Assembly (NCBI GenBank): GCA_000708835.1
Contig: DF236960.1
Span: 3,235 to 67,234 of the forward strand
Length of the DNA stretch: 64,000 bases
DNA from: Klebsormidium nitens
Taxonomy: Eukaryota > Plantae > Klebsormidiophyceae
Direction: 5' to 3'
The notes under the pieces were generated by a model. That model saw only the letters and a program-made list of their open reading frames with translations, was not told where the DNA came from and searched no databases. The position numbers and the translations under genes were made by a program. The first letter of the stretch is position 1; every line of letters starts with the position of its first letter. This document shows positions 1 to 13,209 of this stretch, in pieces.

Positions 1-944
1 CGGCCGAAGTGTTATGGGCCTTTCCCCAAGTCTAAAGGACCCTTATTTATGTATGACTGGGTCGCCGGGACTCACTGTCATGGAAGGCTCCGGAAGGAGG
101 CCCCGTAGAGAACCTGCACGATAGACCAAACAAGTCTTAGCGCAGGGCTTCAATGAGATATTGAGTTCCTTTGCCCAGTCACGTTACTAATGCGGAGAGC
201 TAACTTCTCTCCCCGCGAGGCCTTTCGACTTGTATCTACTAACGGTCGGATTTCTACCCGTCGATCTACGGTACTCTAATACTGAGAAGCATCGTGCGGC
301 TCTCCGGAGTCGCACGTGGTTTCCAACGACTCCCGGTGCTAAACCCTGAATACGGAGACTCCGCATTCTGCAAGTCGAACTTGTACCGCGCCGCGGCTTA
401 GCGCGCACACCTGTTTCTGCAGCAGCAAGTGTCTGCATGCCACGTGTCGAAATCTTATACGCGTGCAACCCTGGTGGGACTTCCGCAGAGGGCGGGAGTA
501 TTCAGAGAGCACAGCTAGCTGAAAGCAAGTCCGTACAAAAGGGGTACGTGTCATGTCACGATTGGACTTTCACACGCTCTGAAGTCATTAAAGACATAAT
601 TCCGGACATACCGAAGTCAAAGTGATGCCGACATGATGCACGCGAGCTTGCGATGAGCAGCTGCAAGAGTTCAGCTTGTCGTGCTCCTTTCTGTCCTTTG
701 CTTCGCTTGATTCCTTCTTGATAATAATATTTTGCCACTTCAACTGGACTCAGATCAAAGTTTCAGCGCGGCTGGCGAAGCGCCCAGTAATTGGCATTGG
801 CAACTTGATCGAACGTTGTCAGTTGATTCTTGTCCGCCTCTTCAGCTCGCAAACTCGCTGAGCTTCAAAATTTCTGGCAGGATAAAGCCGGCGCAGACAA
901 AACTCTGCTGAGTTGCAGCCAGCGTGTCGAAGCCGGAGAGAGCA

Positions 945-3900
945 ATGGCGCCCTTGGGTACCGACAGCAAAGCTGGTGTGGCCAATGCGTCCGCAAATGG
1001 AGGTAAGCTGCGTCACATGTGCAACTGCTGACTACAAACTCGACGCCTTCCCTTGGCTCTCAGCTTTCGTGGGACTTCAAGGTGTATGTATCCACTGGTT
1101 ACCTGAGTATAGTGAGAGAATTTCTTGAGGTCTCTCAGCTGGCTGGCGGCTCAATGTCGTGGTGGAATTTATGAAAAGCGGCTTCCCCTCCACAATTGCA
1201 TTGTCAGACATCTGCAGAAACTGTTTCTGTGATCAGTTTCATTTAAATTGCTCCTTTTCAAGCTCTAGCTCCTAGCGCGCTGTGCAGACCACATACAGGG
1301 AAAAGCGTGACCAAAACAAAATTTCTGGAGTCCACCACCGATTTGGTTGGCGTGTCAACGAGCTTCCCTGAACGGTCTCTTTTGTCGCTGTGACCCGGTG
1401 ACATCCTTCTGGATATCCTTCTGTCATTGGGCTGCCCTCAAAGTCGTAAAATGCTGTCACCATAAATGTATATTTGCCTTCGAGCTCTTAAGTGCACATA
1501 CTCATTTTCTCTGCTCTAATACAACACACTATTCAATCATGGGCTTTACTGTGGCTGATCGACACCTCTGCCCAGTTGGCCTCAATCCAAGAACTCCGCA
1601 CTCCCACCTTAAACCCCCTGGCTAACCCCACCCAGTCCAGGTTGCTAACCCATTGCTCCTTTCTGTACAGTCCATTACTCGTCAGGGCTCAACATCGTCC
1701 CTGCAAGTAAGCTGGACCTGGTCTCAAGCACCGAGTATGATTACATCATCGTCGGGGGAGGCGCCGGGGGGTGCCCTTTGGCCGCTGCGTTGGCAGAGGA
1801 GAAGTCACTCAGAGTCCTCTTACTAGAGAGGGGGGCCACTAGGGACCAGTACCCAGAGACAAAGGTGAGCGGGCGACTCAGGAAAGCTGCACTGTTAGGA
1901 TGCCCAAGAGCGCTTGCTGCTTTATCAGAGGCTCCACATTGTTCCAGCTCTTACACCACTGGGGTAGAAGTGGCAGCAAGTCGATGCTATGGACAGGATG
2001 TGTGTTGAGTTGGAAGAAGGAGCAGCTAATCTGTCAGCCGTCTTTCGCTTGTCAGCTTTGCATGTTGCAGTTCTAGGATTGATGGACCACTTTGCTCTTC
2101 TGACCCTATTCTTAAAAAATGGCCCATTGGGCAACCCCTCTTGATATGGGAGCGGCGACCAATTACGTTACTTTCAGAATCCGTGCACAGTTTCTTGTTA
2201 CGGGTTTGTGCTGAACCACAACTGATCTACAGTGTGTCCTGAGAAGAAATTCCATGGATTCTACGGAATGTGTTTCTGACCCGTCCTTAAACGTGTGGAC
2301 CCTCAGCGTTCCCAGTCACAGCTAGTGTGACCCAAAAACCGTGACCAAGAAAAGTCTTGGCAACATTCCCTTTGCATCGTTGTCCGGCGCAATGGCTTTA
2401 TCCTTAGGACTGCCGTCCAAGGAAAGTTTCCAAGGAAACAAAACCAAAAACAGGAAAAAAAAAGAAGAAACCCAACGGCCTTCACTCCATTGCGCAGACT
2501 ATCGACGGGTGGTATGACCTACCCAGCACAGACGCACTTCAGCTGACGCGTACCAAGGATGGGGTCGTATTTGCGCGGGCAAATGTGAGCACTTTTTCGA
2601 TCTACACTCTTCCATCTACAGGTTTCAGCTCTAAATAGGGACTGCGTGGTGGCATGGCGTATGTGTTTTCTTTTTCTTGCTCTCCTTCTCAAGAAGCAAT
2701 TGACTCACATGGAGGTTCAACCAACCCTCAGACTTAGGGCCGTTCGTAGTGGTGGCTTGTTTGTCGGTGTTGGTAAGGCCCGTGCACAAAGATTGACATT
2801 TTATCAGTCTTCGGTTCTTCAGTTGCAGCTTTGGCATGGCTTCTGACAACCAATCGCTTTCATCTTTGATCTTAGACTCCCAGTCTTCATCTATGAACTT
2901 TTCATGTAATCAGAACTACATGTCACCGATTCCGATGCTATGGCTGTGAGGTGCCATCAACAGAGGGCCTGCGGAGTGACTTGACCCCTTGATCCTTCTC
3001 TTTGCAACCGCATACAGCTGGGTTTTTATAGTCCTCCATTCTCTTCCTCGCACCCAAAGCCCTCCAAGTATCTCCTTCATCCTCAGCCCCTTCATATCGA
3101 CACTCCCTTTCTACCGTGTTCCTTCCTTCATCAAGACTATTGACGTCACCCCGCAGTCGTCTACGTCAAGCAATGCTGGTGCAGGACTTGATGTTGGGTA
3201 TATTAAACAATACGCCAGGCTTTATGCTTAGACTCTACGACTCTTTTTGTGAAGGATTACTGGAGTCTGATTTTGAACGGGACACCAAATGCGCGCAGGT
3301 CCTCAGCGGAGGAACAGCTGTCAACATCGGCGTGTGGGGCCACGCAAGCGCGGCGCACATCAAGGAGGAGGGATGGGACGCCGACGCAATGCGGAGCGCT
3401 TATGAGCACCTGGACGCGCGCTTGTCGCACCCGGGGCTTGAGGGACCTTTCCAGGACAAGATGCTGGAGGCCTTTACGGAGATCGGCATAAAGCCCAACA
3501 ACGGGGTCACGCCTGAACACCTGGTAAGGTTCTGCGTCGATCGAAACGGCTGAGCCCTCATCTCCGGTCGTCAGGACCAATGAGGACGCTTCAACCAATC
3601 ACGTGGTATGATAAGTACAGACCTAGTACAGATTTCAACCGCAGCGGTACTGTTCAAAGCTGTACGGACAGCGGAGATGCAAAGCTGGCGAGCCAAGCAG
3701 TGGTTGACGCGGAACCCAAGACCTGCTCATGGCACCACACTAAGAATCAGGATCTGGGCTCGAGACCGATGGTGAATCAACTTCGAGACCGATTTCAGAG
3801 TTAAGAGTCCCTGTTTCAGACACAGGCGTTCTATGATCGACTCGATGTAAGATCAGTATCAATTGAAAAGTCCCTTCTTTCAATTCATCCCTGGACTAGG

Positions 3901-6900
3901 CTTCCCTGGCTGGTCTCAAAAGTGGACGGCCCTGAAGCGCGATCAGCCCTGAATTTTAGAAAGACAAGGTTTACTGACCGGTCCCCGTGCCAATGCTTAA
4001 AGTCTTTTAGTGACCCTCGCTAAATATAACCTCTGATAAGTGCAACTTAGCTGTTCCTCTTCGGAAAGCAGTGGAGAGCCAACTTATGGTCAACAAGCTA
4101 GTTGAGAATGGTTCTTTTGTGGGGAAAGAGGCTGCTATCTTTACGCTCGTTGAGCTCTGCAGGTCTTGTTGCACTTGGAGTCACTTTTACAAAACGTCCT
4201 GAATGAAAGTCTCTGGATGGATCCTTCAGCGAGCGCCTCCGATCCGGGGTCCTCTTTGAATCTTATCAGTGAAGTGTCCACTGAATGTCACGAATTCTTA
4301 CCAACGGCATTGCTTGTTGATTTCAAGGCAATACATGTTGGTCAATCCCGATCGGATACTCATCCGTTTTCGTCCTGAACCAGATCCGTTCTCGTACCAA
4401 TTTGACCTGCAAGCAAATTGATACGAGCTCTGGCCCTACCAACCTGGATTCCCGCTAGCTCTACCTTTGCGAACGGCAAGCACCACACAAAGAAGACTCC
4501 GAAACGTGTGTTGTTTGCGAGTTGGCTGTAAAACGACTACCCCGGGTGTTACAAAAGCTACCTTTGCAAAGCGCAAGCACCATTTGAAGCCATTTTTGAA
4601 AAGACGTGGACACGTGTCGCTTGCAGATTGGCGCGAAAACCATCATGCGCACGTGGGACAAGAACAACGTTCGTCACCCCGCGGACGAATTGCTCGTGGG
4701 CGTGGAAAATGTCGACATCGTCACGCAGGCGCTTGTTTCCAAGATCCGCTTCTCAGGCTCCGACGGTGAGCTTCCACGAAGAACTAGCGTGGGCAGCCCG
4801 GTTCCGGGGCGTCAAACCTGCAACTTTGTCGCTAAACTGAACGGGAGAAAGCCCGACGCTTTTGATGACTCTTCAAATTGAGCAAAAGTCAGCTCTAGCA
4901 AAAGTAAGCTTCGACACTAAACACAAAAACCTAACCCACAAAAACACCTGCTCTGCACCCGTACCCACCCTAAACCCCCAGACTACACTCACCCGTCCCA
5001 GGCTAGTCAGCTTACTTTTGCTAAAGCTTAACTTTGCTAAATTGAACCTTCGTGCGCTTCTGTTCTCGCTCGCTTGTCGCAGATCCCACGGTCCGCTCTA
5101 ACGCATTGAAGCGTCCAGGTCTTTCAGAGCCCTTTGTCTTGAGTGTGCAAATATCCAACACCGCTTTCAGCTGGGTTTCGATTGTGAGTAAGAACAAGGT
5201 CGCCAATCAGATGAGCAAGCTCGGATCGACGGCGCAAACGTGATGAACGCTCCGCCGCTTCGGTTCGTTTCTAGTCGCTCTATTCTGTACAGGTGCTCTC
5301 ATGTTAACGCGCTTACGCTCGGAAAAGTGGGCCGAACGTAGCGAATTGAAGCAGTTCAAGCTAATTCCCAGGGTTAGCCTCCCAGTCGGGTCTAACCTCG
5401 CCTTAACCGCGCACTTAATCCCGCCCAACCTCGCCTCAACCTCGCTTAACCTCCCTGCGTAATCAAATCCTGTCCTTCAAGCTGGGTCACGCCGTGTCAC
5501 GCAATTGTATACGCCCGCCCCCTTCGTCTAGTTCTTCTTTTGTAAAACCATGAACTATAACACAGAAAAGCTTCTTACTGGGTCCTTCTGTAGGCACCTT
5601 GCGCGCCGTTGGCGTCGACTTCACCTCCGCTGACGGCATCCCCCGCAGCGCTGACGTCAGCCCCAGCGGGGGTGAGGTCATCCTGGCCGCCGGGACGATG
5701 GGCACCCCCCAGCTGCTGATGCTCAGCGGAATCGGGCCGGAAACGGAGCTCGAAAAACTCGGGTTAACCCCCCGGGTTAGCCTCCCCGTCGGGCGTAATC
5801 TCGCGGACTGCCCGCTGAACGGGATCGGCATCCAGACGCGCGAGGCGCCGGAGCGTGACGTCATCTCGGTGGCTGGAATTCAGGAGGACCGCATCTTTTT
5901 CGTCTCGACCGGGAATGGGGAACCGGGCACCACAAAGTGGGGCCTCATGCCGATGGTTACGCCCGGGTTAAGGACTAACGAGACGATGAAAACTACAGCC
6001 GCCGCGATCGGCGCGCTGCCGGAGGAGCTGCGGGCGGAGATGGGCCGTTCGATGGGCGTCTTCTTCAAGGTGAGCGACTGGCGGCCGTTCGATCGCTCAT
6101 GATGGTCTGTCAAGAGCCGTTTAAAGGGAGCGTCAGACTATGTATGCAAAACGCGGTCACGCGGCAATTTCAATACGATGCGCGCCACACTTCGATGTTG
6201 CTCTCAAATGTTTGTCGTCAAAGGCATACGGCGACCAGAACAAGTGTGTAGGGGCTTCTGTGTCGCCGGAAGTGGAATATACCCCACAAAGCCCCCAAAA
6301 AAGACAGCGGCTTTCGCTTTCAGATCAAAGCTGAGGTGGGCGCAGTAAAGAGTCACGTTTTGACGATTTCGAACGATTTAGTGAACGTTACGGACGAGTG
6401 GGGTGAGTTGGGGGGTAACGAGTGCGAGAGTGTAGATTTGTGGGACAGAATCATGATTGAATCCGGAGGAGCTTTCTCGATTGATATTAGTGTCGAAGCT
6501 GGCCGACGTAGGGTCGAACGACGGCACATTCCAATGACTGGGGCTATTGCTTCTGGATCGTCCTTGGCAGAGTACAAGGAAGAGGCAACTCGCCGTCGGA
6601 ACCTTGTTTGCGCCGAATCAATCACTTGTGACGGAACAAGAGAAAGGCCCGGACAGCCGCAAGATTATGCTTTTACCAGCTCAGCAAGCTCCGCCAATTT
6701 CTATCTAGATTGGAAATCGATTGAGTCCGTTTACCACCACGTAAACGTTCATTCAAAGTTCTGGCAGTATCCAGCTTCGAAACGGCTGGCAGTATCAGGA
6801 AGAGCTTGTCTGCAGTTCTCTCTCCGAGATGATCTTTCCGCTCAACTCTGGGTCTGTGAAGTGCGGAGTCCAGACAAGCTTTTCTGAACGCGTTCTTTTG

Positions 6901-7680
6901 GAATGTTCGCCCAAGCACTCGCGACCCGAGACGGTGAAGCATACGTGACGCATGCGGATTCGATGTTCCCCTCTCTCTCTTATCTGTACATCGCGATCTA
7001 TATCGCGATCTCCTTGGATCGATGACGACGCGAGACGCTGACGTGAGCGTGACGCAAGCGGACTGAATCTCTCTTTCTTTTCTGCGGCTGTATCCGGTGA
7101 TGACGCGAGATTATGACGCATGCGTGACGCATGAGAACTGAATGTCCTCCTTCCTTATCCGCAGCTCTACCGCGTCAAGACACGTGGCGCCATCACATTG
7201 GATTCCACGGACCCCGCAGCAACGCCGTCGATCGACTACCCCTACTTCACGGACCCCGCTGACGTGGCGTCCGGAATCGAAGGCATTCGGACGCTCAAAG
7301 CCCTGCTCGCGTCCAAGCCCGTGTCCGAACTCAAGGTCGACACCGTGCCGCAGTTTTTGCTGAAACTCGCGCCGGCGCTCGCCGCTTTCCCCCCGGGGCA
7401 GTACCCCGGGGCGCTGCCGCTGCTGCCCGACCCGAACGACGCATCAGAGGCCGCCACGTGGCTGCGCAACACGGTGTGCACGTGCTGGCACATGCACGGC
7501 ACGTGCCGCGTCGGGGAGGTGGTTGACGATGAGCACAGAGTGAAGGGCGTCGAGAAACTGCGCGTCATGGATGCGTCGGTGCTGAGAGACGTCCCCGGGA
7601 CTAATCCCATGGCGACGATCATGGCGCTCGGCAGGGTGCTGGGGCTGAAGATGCTCAAGGAGAGAGTAGAACTTGCCTAA
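945..7680 (+). CDS. GMC (glucose-methanol-choline) FAD oxidoreductase, HOTHEAD/mandelonitrile lyase-like, about 564 aa, 7 exons
   Basis: join(945-1002,1671-1864,2498-2584,3299-3523,4627-4765,5594-6069,7165-7680); all introns GT-AG and phases match. Motifs: [12 protein letters not shown] (Rossmann FAD binding), [35 protein letters not shown], and C-terminal WHMHGTC and PGTNPMAT (catalytic His/Asn pair). Exon 1 is the least certain. Confidence 0.93.
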
Positions 7681-10066
7681 ATCTTGAAAGCACAAACGCC
7701 TCGAACTTCCAAACCCGTTGACGAAGATCCGAAGGATTGAGCCTGAGAGGGTGCTGGGGCTGAAGATGCTGAGGGAGAGAATGGAACTCGCTTGAACCCC
7801 ATATACCCAAAACCTTCAAATTGAATCCCAAAACTTAGTATAAAAACTCGAAGAAGGTTGTGGGTTCCACAAGTCAAAGAGCCACCAGAGAAAGAGTCTT
7901 AACGATAGTCGTGAGGCAAGCACGCCTCGCCCGTAGGAGTGGGTGAAGCAGGCTTGGGAAGAGGCGGAAAGAAGCAGCCAATTCGTGGCGTTTTGATTGG
8001 CTCAAGCGGCATTAGCTGCACCTTTGAGCATCTTGCAAATTGCGGATATGTGCATAGTTGTTGTTGTTTTCAAGGCCCTTCGGATACGGACTCAAATAGA
8101 CTAGCCGTTTTGTACAAACATTCGGGAGACAGTTTGTACTGTACTTTGTTGTCAGACTATTAAAAATATAAAGCGGCGGTTTTAGAACTCTATAGTACTC
8201 GGGAGTAGAGGAAACGTCGAATGTACGAAATGAATAATCAGCTGACATATAGAGAGCTCAAACATTTGTGAATCCCGTGAGAAGCAGGCCCGTGGCCATA
8301 CTGGCTACGGCTATTTTGATTCAATTAGATTCAAACGATTTTCGGGCTTGACGTCAATCATCGAATGGATAATGCGAGGGCCAAGCACGTACTCGCCAAC
8401 TGCCGCTTTACTTCGCACTAAGCGGCGCCTTCTCGTTCTAAAGTCCTATAGCTAATAACGTGCCAGGGTTGCCCTCAATAGCTAGCACAACTTGACTTAC
8501 TTCGTAATGATCGCCGCACTGACTCCTCTTAGATTCAATGATTGGCAATTCGACAGCTACTCTACTGATAACAACGCCAGTAGGTGAAGGACACTTGGAG
8601 AGACGATCCGCGCTGAGGACCGGCCCGGCCCGAATCAAAGGTGGTCTTTATAGGAGACGCGGTAATTCCAAGTTCCTTCTGCACAAACATCCGACTCGAT
8701 CTGATCCGACAACGAAAACGTTTGACATGCGGTGCCATATACTATGATCTAGTGACCGCTATATATATTTACATGCATCATGCCAGGCAGTTTACACTTC
8801 GAAACATGAACAAATGAAAATCAGTGAAAGATGATGCAACTAATCATCCGCGAGAATGGCCTGTGTTGAGGTTGGCCTTGATGTTAATGGCGGCCCCAGT
8901 GTTGAGAATTGGACTCATTCGAAAACAGCCTTCTAGCGCGCGGCCGCTCCGGGCAGCGCCGCCGGCCCCTTCAATGCTGCATTTTCAATCATTGAATCTT
9001 GGGCTGCGACCTGCGGAGATCCATCATGTTCTGAGATACATGCATGATCAGATCAATCTTCATAACGAAAGCACTGCCTTGACCTGTGACGATATAAGAG
9101 TGTGGTTGGTACAGCATGTGCATGCCTTGTTTGGTCGATAAGAAACTCAGTGACTGCAGCCGCCTGCCAATCAATACCTAATATGATGTCTATCCAATCT
9201 CGCGTAACAAGCTCAATGAACCGACCGCGGCTCGCTCAGCGCCCACCTTTGTAGCTCTCTCTAGTAGCTCGACTTTCCTACTTGCTTAAGCGCATTGCTG
9301 GCGAAGACGACATTCCGTCAATTGAGCCCACGCCGTCCGACTTGGGATTGCAGCTGGCCAGCTCAACGTATGGATGAGTCCGAGAACGATGAGCCTTTCT
9401 TAAATATGCGGACGGACTCTGCTGGAGCCGTCTTTCAATGGGACACCGGCTGGAAGACCGTTTGTGGTAAAGGACCGTGATGCGATGCGTGGAAGACGAA
9501 GCTCTCACAACCTGACGTTCTTAACCTGGCTCAGGATGCACTCCCAGCGGGCATCGCCTTCAAAATGACCGCGTTGCTTGCGTGCCAGAACCTCGATCTC
9601 GGGTTTCAACCTCGCCGCACACATCGACGAGAAGACATCTGACTGAGCAGTGTTTACTGCCACTCGTTACGATGCAGTCTTTGCTGAAAGTAGCATGCAC
9701 AGAGGCCTACAGCAAGCTACCTCTCGGACATTCATAGAATTGTTCTTGCGTCTCCCTCCCTTTCGCTGAGAGCTCTACAACGCTCTCAATCCACCGCGTG
9801 CAATATCACTACTCTTAATTCCGCCGTCTTTTCATGGGCCCCGCTTTTGCACATCATATGAATGGACGACGTTTTGCTTGCGTCAGCACCTTGGTTCCCT
9901 TGCCGCTGGTGACGGCATGCCCATTCACGTAATACCTGTCAGCCAACTTGGCTTTTCTGCCAAGCCGCCCAGTATAAGCTCTCGTTTGCCACTGACATCA
10001 TTCGGGGAACCTGCTTCCGGCTCCCGATCCCGACCTGCGCCCCAGTCTAGTCACGTCACGCTCGCG

Positions 10067-13000
10067 TCAGCAGTGGAAGGTGAAGGCGTGCCCCGCGCGG
10101 TACCCCTGCGCGAAGAAGTCGTGCCACGCGTCCTCGTGCGACCAGTGCTGGCCGTGAGCGTGCTGGCCCTTGTAGAAGTCCGAGTCGAAACACCTGCAGC
10201 GGAAAATCATTTTATGATGACTGTTAACAGGGTGTATCAGACATGGAAGCGGAAAAGAAAACTGCGAGCATTCAATCTTGGATGTTGACCTTGACTTTAG
10301 ACAACCGCGAACGTCACCTCAACCTTCAGACGTGTGCTTCGTATGTATGATTGGCAGGCTTTGTACGCCGTCGTAATCGTTTGAATTGCCGTCCAGTTTT
10401 GATTTAACCCAACTTATCAAGTCGGTGTGGCTAAAGCAAGCGGGACGAATCGAGCCCGATGAAGACGTCATGGTTGTGAACCGGTCCAGACTATCAACCT
10501 GTTCTCCGATTTACAACTTGTCGACAACTAAGGGTGATCCTCGTGACGTAAACGAAGGTACTTTTCGGGTCAAAACACTCACGTCGACGGTTTCGACCTC
10601 AGCTCCTGCAACTCGCTCTCAGCCCGGTCCCCGCCCTGCTCCCGATGAACTGGGTTAGCCCGCAAGTTTATCAAACCATCTGCAAACGCAGAGAGGAAAT
10701 ACGTCACTGGACTGCAAAACCCGGTGCATGAACCGGGTTTAGCTCGCAGGTTGAGCAATCCATCTGCAAAGTCGTAAATTGAATCTACCGAATATTACTG
10801 CAAGAACGAGGGCTGTCTTCCATGGTAAACCAAGGTCGACATTCACCTTTGGTAAGAAGAGAGCGCGGTTTCCGACGTGGCCGCAACAACAGATCAAAGC
10901 AGTTTCAACATTGGCGTTGGTCTGACAAACTCGGCCAGTAATATTAGTTCACACCAGTCTATTCTCCTTAAGCCTCAGCAAGGAGAAAGAGACGTGCTCT
11001 GCAATACTCCCCTCGCAAAGGGATAGCAAGGAGGTCGGTCACGCCAACGAAAGACAAGCGTCAGCTCGAAGACGTGACGTCAGCACCTCAAGTGACGTCA
11101 GCGGGCGGATGATCTCACCCCTGAGCTGCGACCGCTGGTTCTCGAGCTGTAGCTGGAGCTGCTCCACCTGCCGCCGGTACTCGTCCACCAGCCCCTGCGA
11201 GAAGCGAGAGAGATGCTGACGTCAGCTGCTGAGGTCATCGTTACACGTGTTTCTTTCTCCTGTTTGTAACTTCCGTCGACGAGCTCGGACCTATTCTGTG
11301 CTTCGTCGTTCTTACGAGACCCCGTGAAAGAGTGTAACGGGGAAGAAGGCGTGTGTCCTAATGCAAGCTTCACATGTTTAAAGCCTTTCTAGAAGAGTGG
11401 CAAAAGGCGCGGAAGTGAAGAGAAACTGCCTGAATATGCAGAGACGTTTTCAGAAGCTTTCAGTAGCGCTTTACAGTACAAACATCATCCCTTGGCTCCG
11501 AAGTCAACGAATATCCAAGCTTCAAGAACGGTTGAACCGCAAACCCGGAGATCCAAAACCAAAGTCGTTGTCTACTGGTTTTCACGTCCCAGCGAGAGAC
11601 TGGCCCGTATTGGCCCGCCTTTCAATCGTGCTGCATCGGTTTTTTGTGATTGTTGTTCTGGCTCCACAGCTCGGCTTAGCCTGACCTAAGCTGAGTCTGC
11701 CTGACAACCGTTCGTCTAGCTCTGCCGGATCCTAAGACTTTGGATCTCCAAGGATTTCCCATAAGATGTCAAGCTAGCACTTTGTAAAATACTGACAAGC
11801 GCCACCTGCATACAATCACCGGCGAATCCTCCAGATCCTTCCCAAGTCCCCTGCTGTTGCCTTGCAACTCAGGTGCAGCTTTACCTTTGCATTAAGTGTT
11901 CCGTGACACTCAGAATCATAAGCGCTAACCTTGAAACGCAAGACTTTACTATTTCAAAGACCTTCCAGCCGTTTGACCAGCCCCTACCGCTCAGCCTCTT
12001 AAACAAGCTGCAATTCTTGTTTCTGTTTAAGCATTGCTCAGAATTTCAAAAAGCAGATTTGCAGGTTGGAAGCAAAGTCGTTTAGAAGACAAATGAACTC
12101 AACTGAATTCTCAGACGTCTCTGCACAATACTGCCCCCGGCCTGACGCCCCGCTTCCCAGCTCAAATGCAATTTCTTTGCTTGATATTGAATTGCATAAT
12201 TGAGAAAAAGAAGATTCTCGGAAAATTGGATTCTGCAACTTTAGAGACCCAAAAGAGCTCACCTTCCATTCCCGATGTCTCTGCACAGCACCGGCCCTAG
12301 CTTTCCGCTCCTGCTTTTAGCTAAGTGGAACTCCCTTTTGCTTTCTGCACTCCGAAATTTCACAAAACATATTCAAATGTTGGAGAGATAAACTACATTG
12401 ATCATGATAGCTCACCTTCCATTCCTCGACGTCTCTGCACAACACTGGCCCCCGGCGCCCTGCTTCCCAGCTCAACTGCAGTTCCTTTGCCTCGACCAAC
12501 TCCCCCAGCAAAACCTGCCGATCGCGGACCATCCACAATGTGACCCCGCTCATTGCCAGAACCACCAACACGCAAAGGACCTGGGGAAAGACAACTAGAA
12601 TGAGGCCACTTTCTTGGATGGCGTTGCATCAACTGGCATCAAACTAGAGCACAGCAACGCTCTGCTGACTCTCTGCGTGAGAGCCTTTCTCAGAGCTAGA
12701 GCAATAGTGGTTGAGGGGATCTGCAGTAAAGTGAGACGGGCCTGCTGTTGATGACGCGCAAAGTCGAGATGTCCGCAGCTACCTTACATGGTATGCTAAA
12801 GTAAAGACAATGCAGGTCAAGCGGAAACCTTGCTGGCAAGCTACGAAGCTGTGACCCTGCTTATACCTGCGCGTTGACCTATTGACAGCAGGGGTCAATA
12901 TCAGGGTGTAAGCCTGCCAGCTTGCTTGCACAACACTGAAGCATGTACTCGCACTAACCACTCCTGCCTTGCAGAAACCCTTCTTTCAGCGTCACTCACC

Positions 13001-13209
13001 TGTAATCGCAACCGATCCACAAACCCTCTCCACCGGTCTCCCTGACTCAAGGTGTGTTTCAACGTGTGGAGGCCCGTTTTCAGATGGACTGGGATGCGAA
13101 ATTTGGGACTTTCAAGAAAGCGGGGGGACATGGTCCCCGCTGGGACCTTCCGGGGGGTGAGATCGACCATGAAATGAGACCCCCCCTGCTTCTCCTCAAG
13201 CGCCCCCAT
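10067..13209 (-). CDS. Type II single-pass membrane protein with coiled coil and His-rich C-terminal CFDxxFY...WxxF...G...FxFxC module, about 224 aa, 5 exons
   Basis: complement join(13209-13000,12580-12416,11194-11119,10679-10583,10193-10067); phases 0,0,1,2 are consistent and exons 3 and 5 are very GC3-rich. TM segment VLCVLVVLAMSGVTLWMV; coiled coil GLVDEYRRQVEQLQLQLENQRSQLR; ends CFDSDFYKGQHAHGQHWSHEDAWHDFFAQGYRAGHAFTFHC*. Confidence 0.8.

Noticed and set aside
1-900. Short ORFs upstream of the GMC gene
   Set aside because: No splice-consistent model, codon bias or motifs.
6336-6887. 183-aa ORF nested in GMC intron 6
   Set aside because: GTG start, no GC3 bias and no recognisable motif; probably chance.
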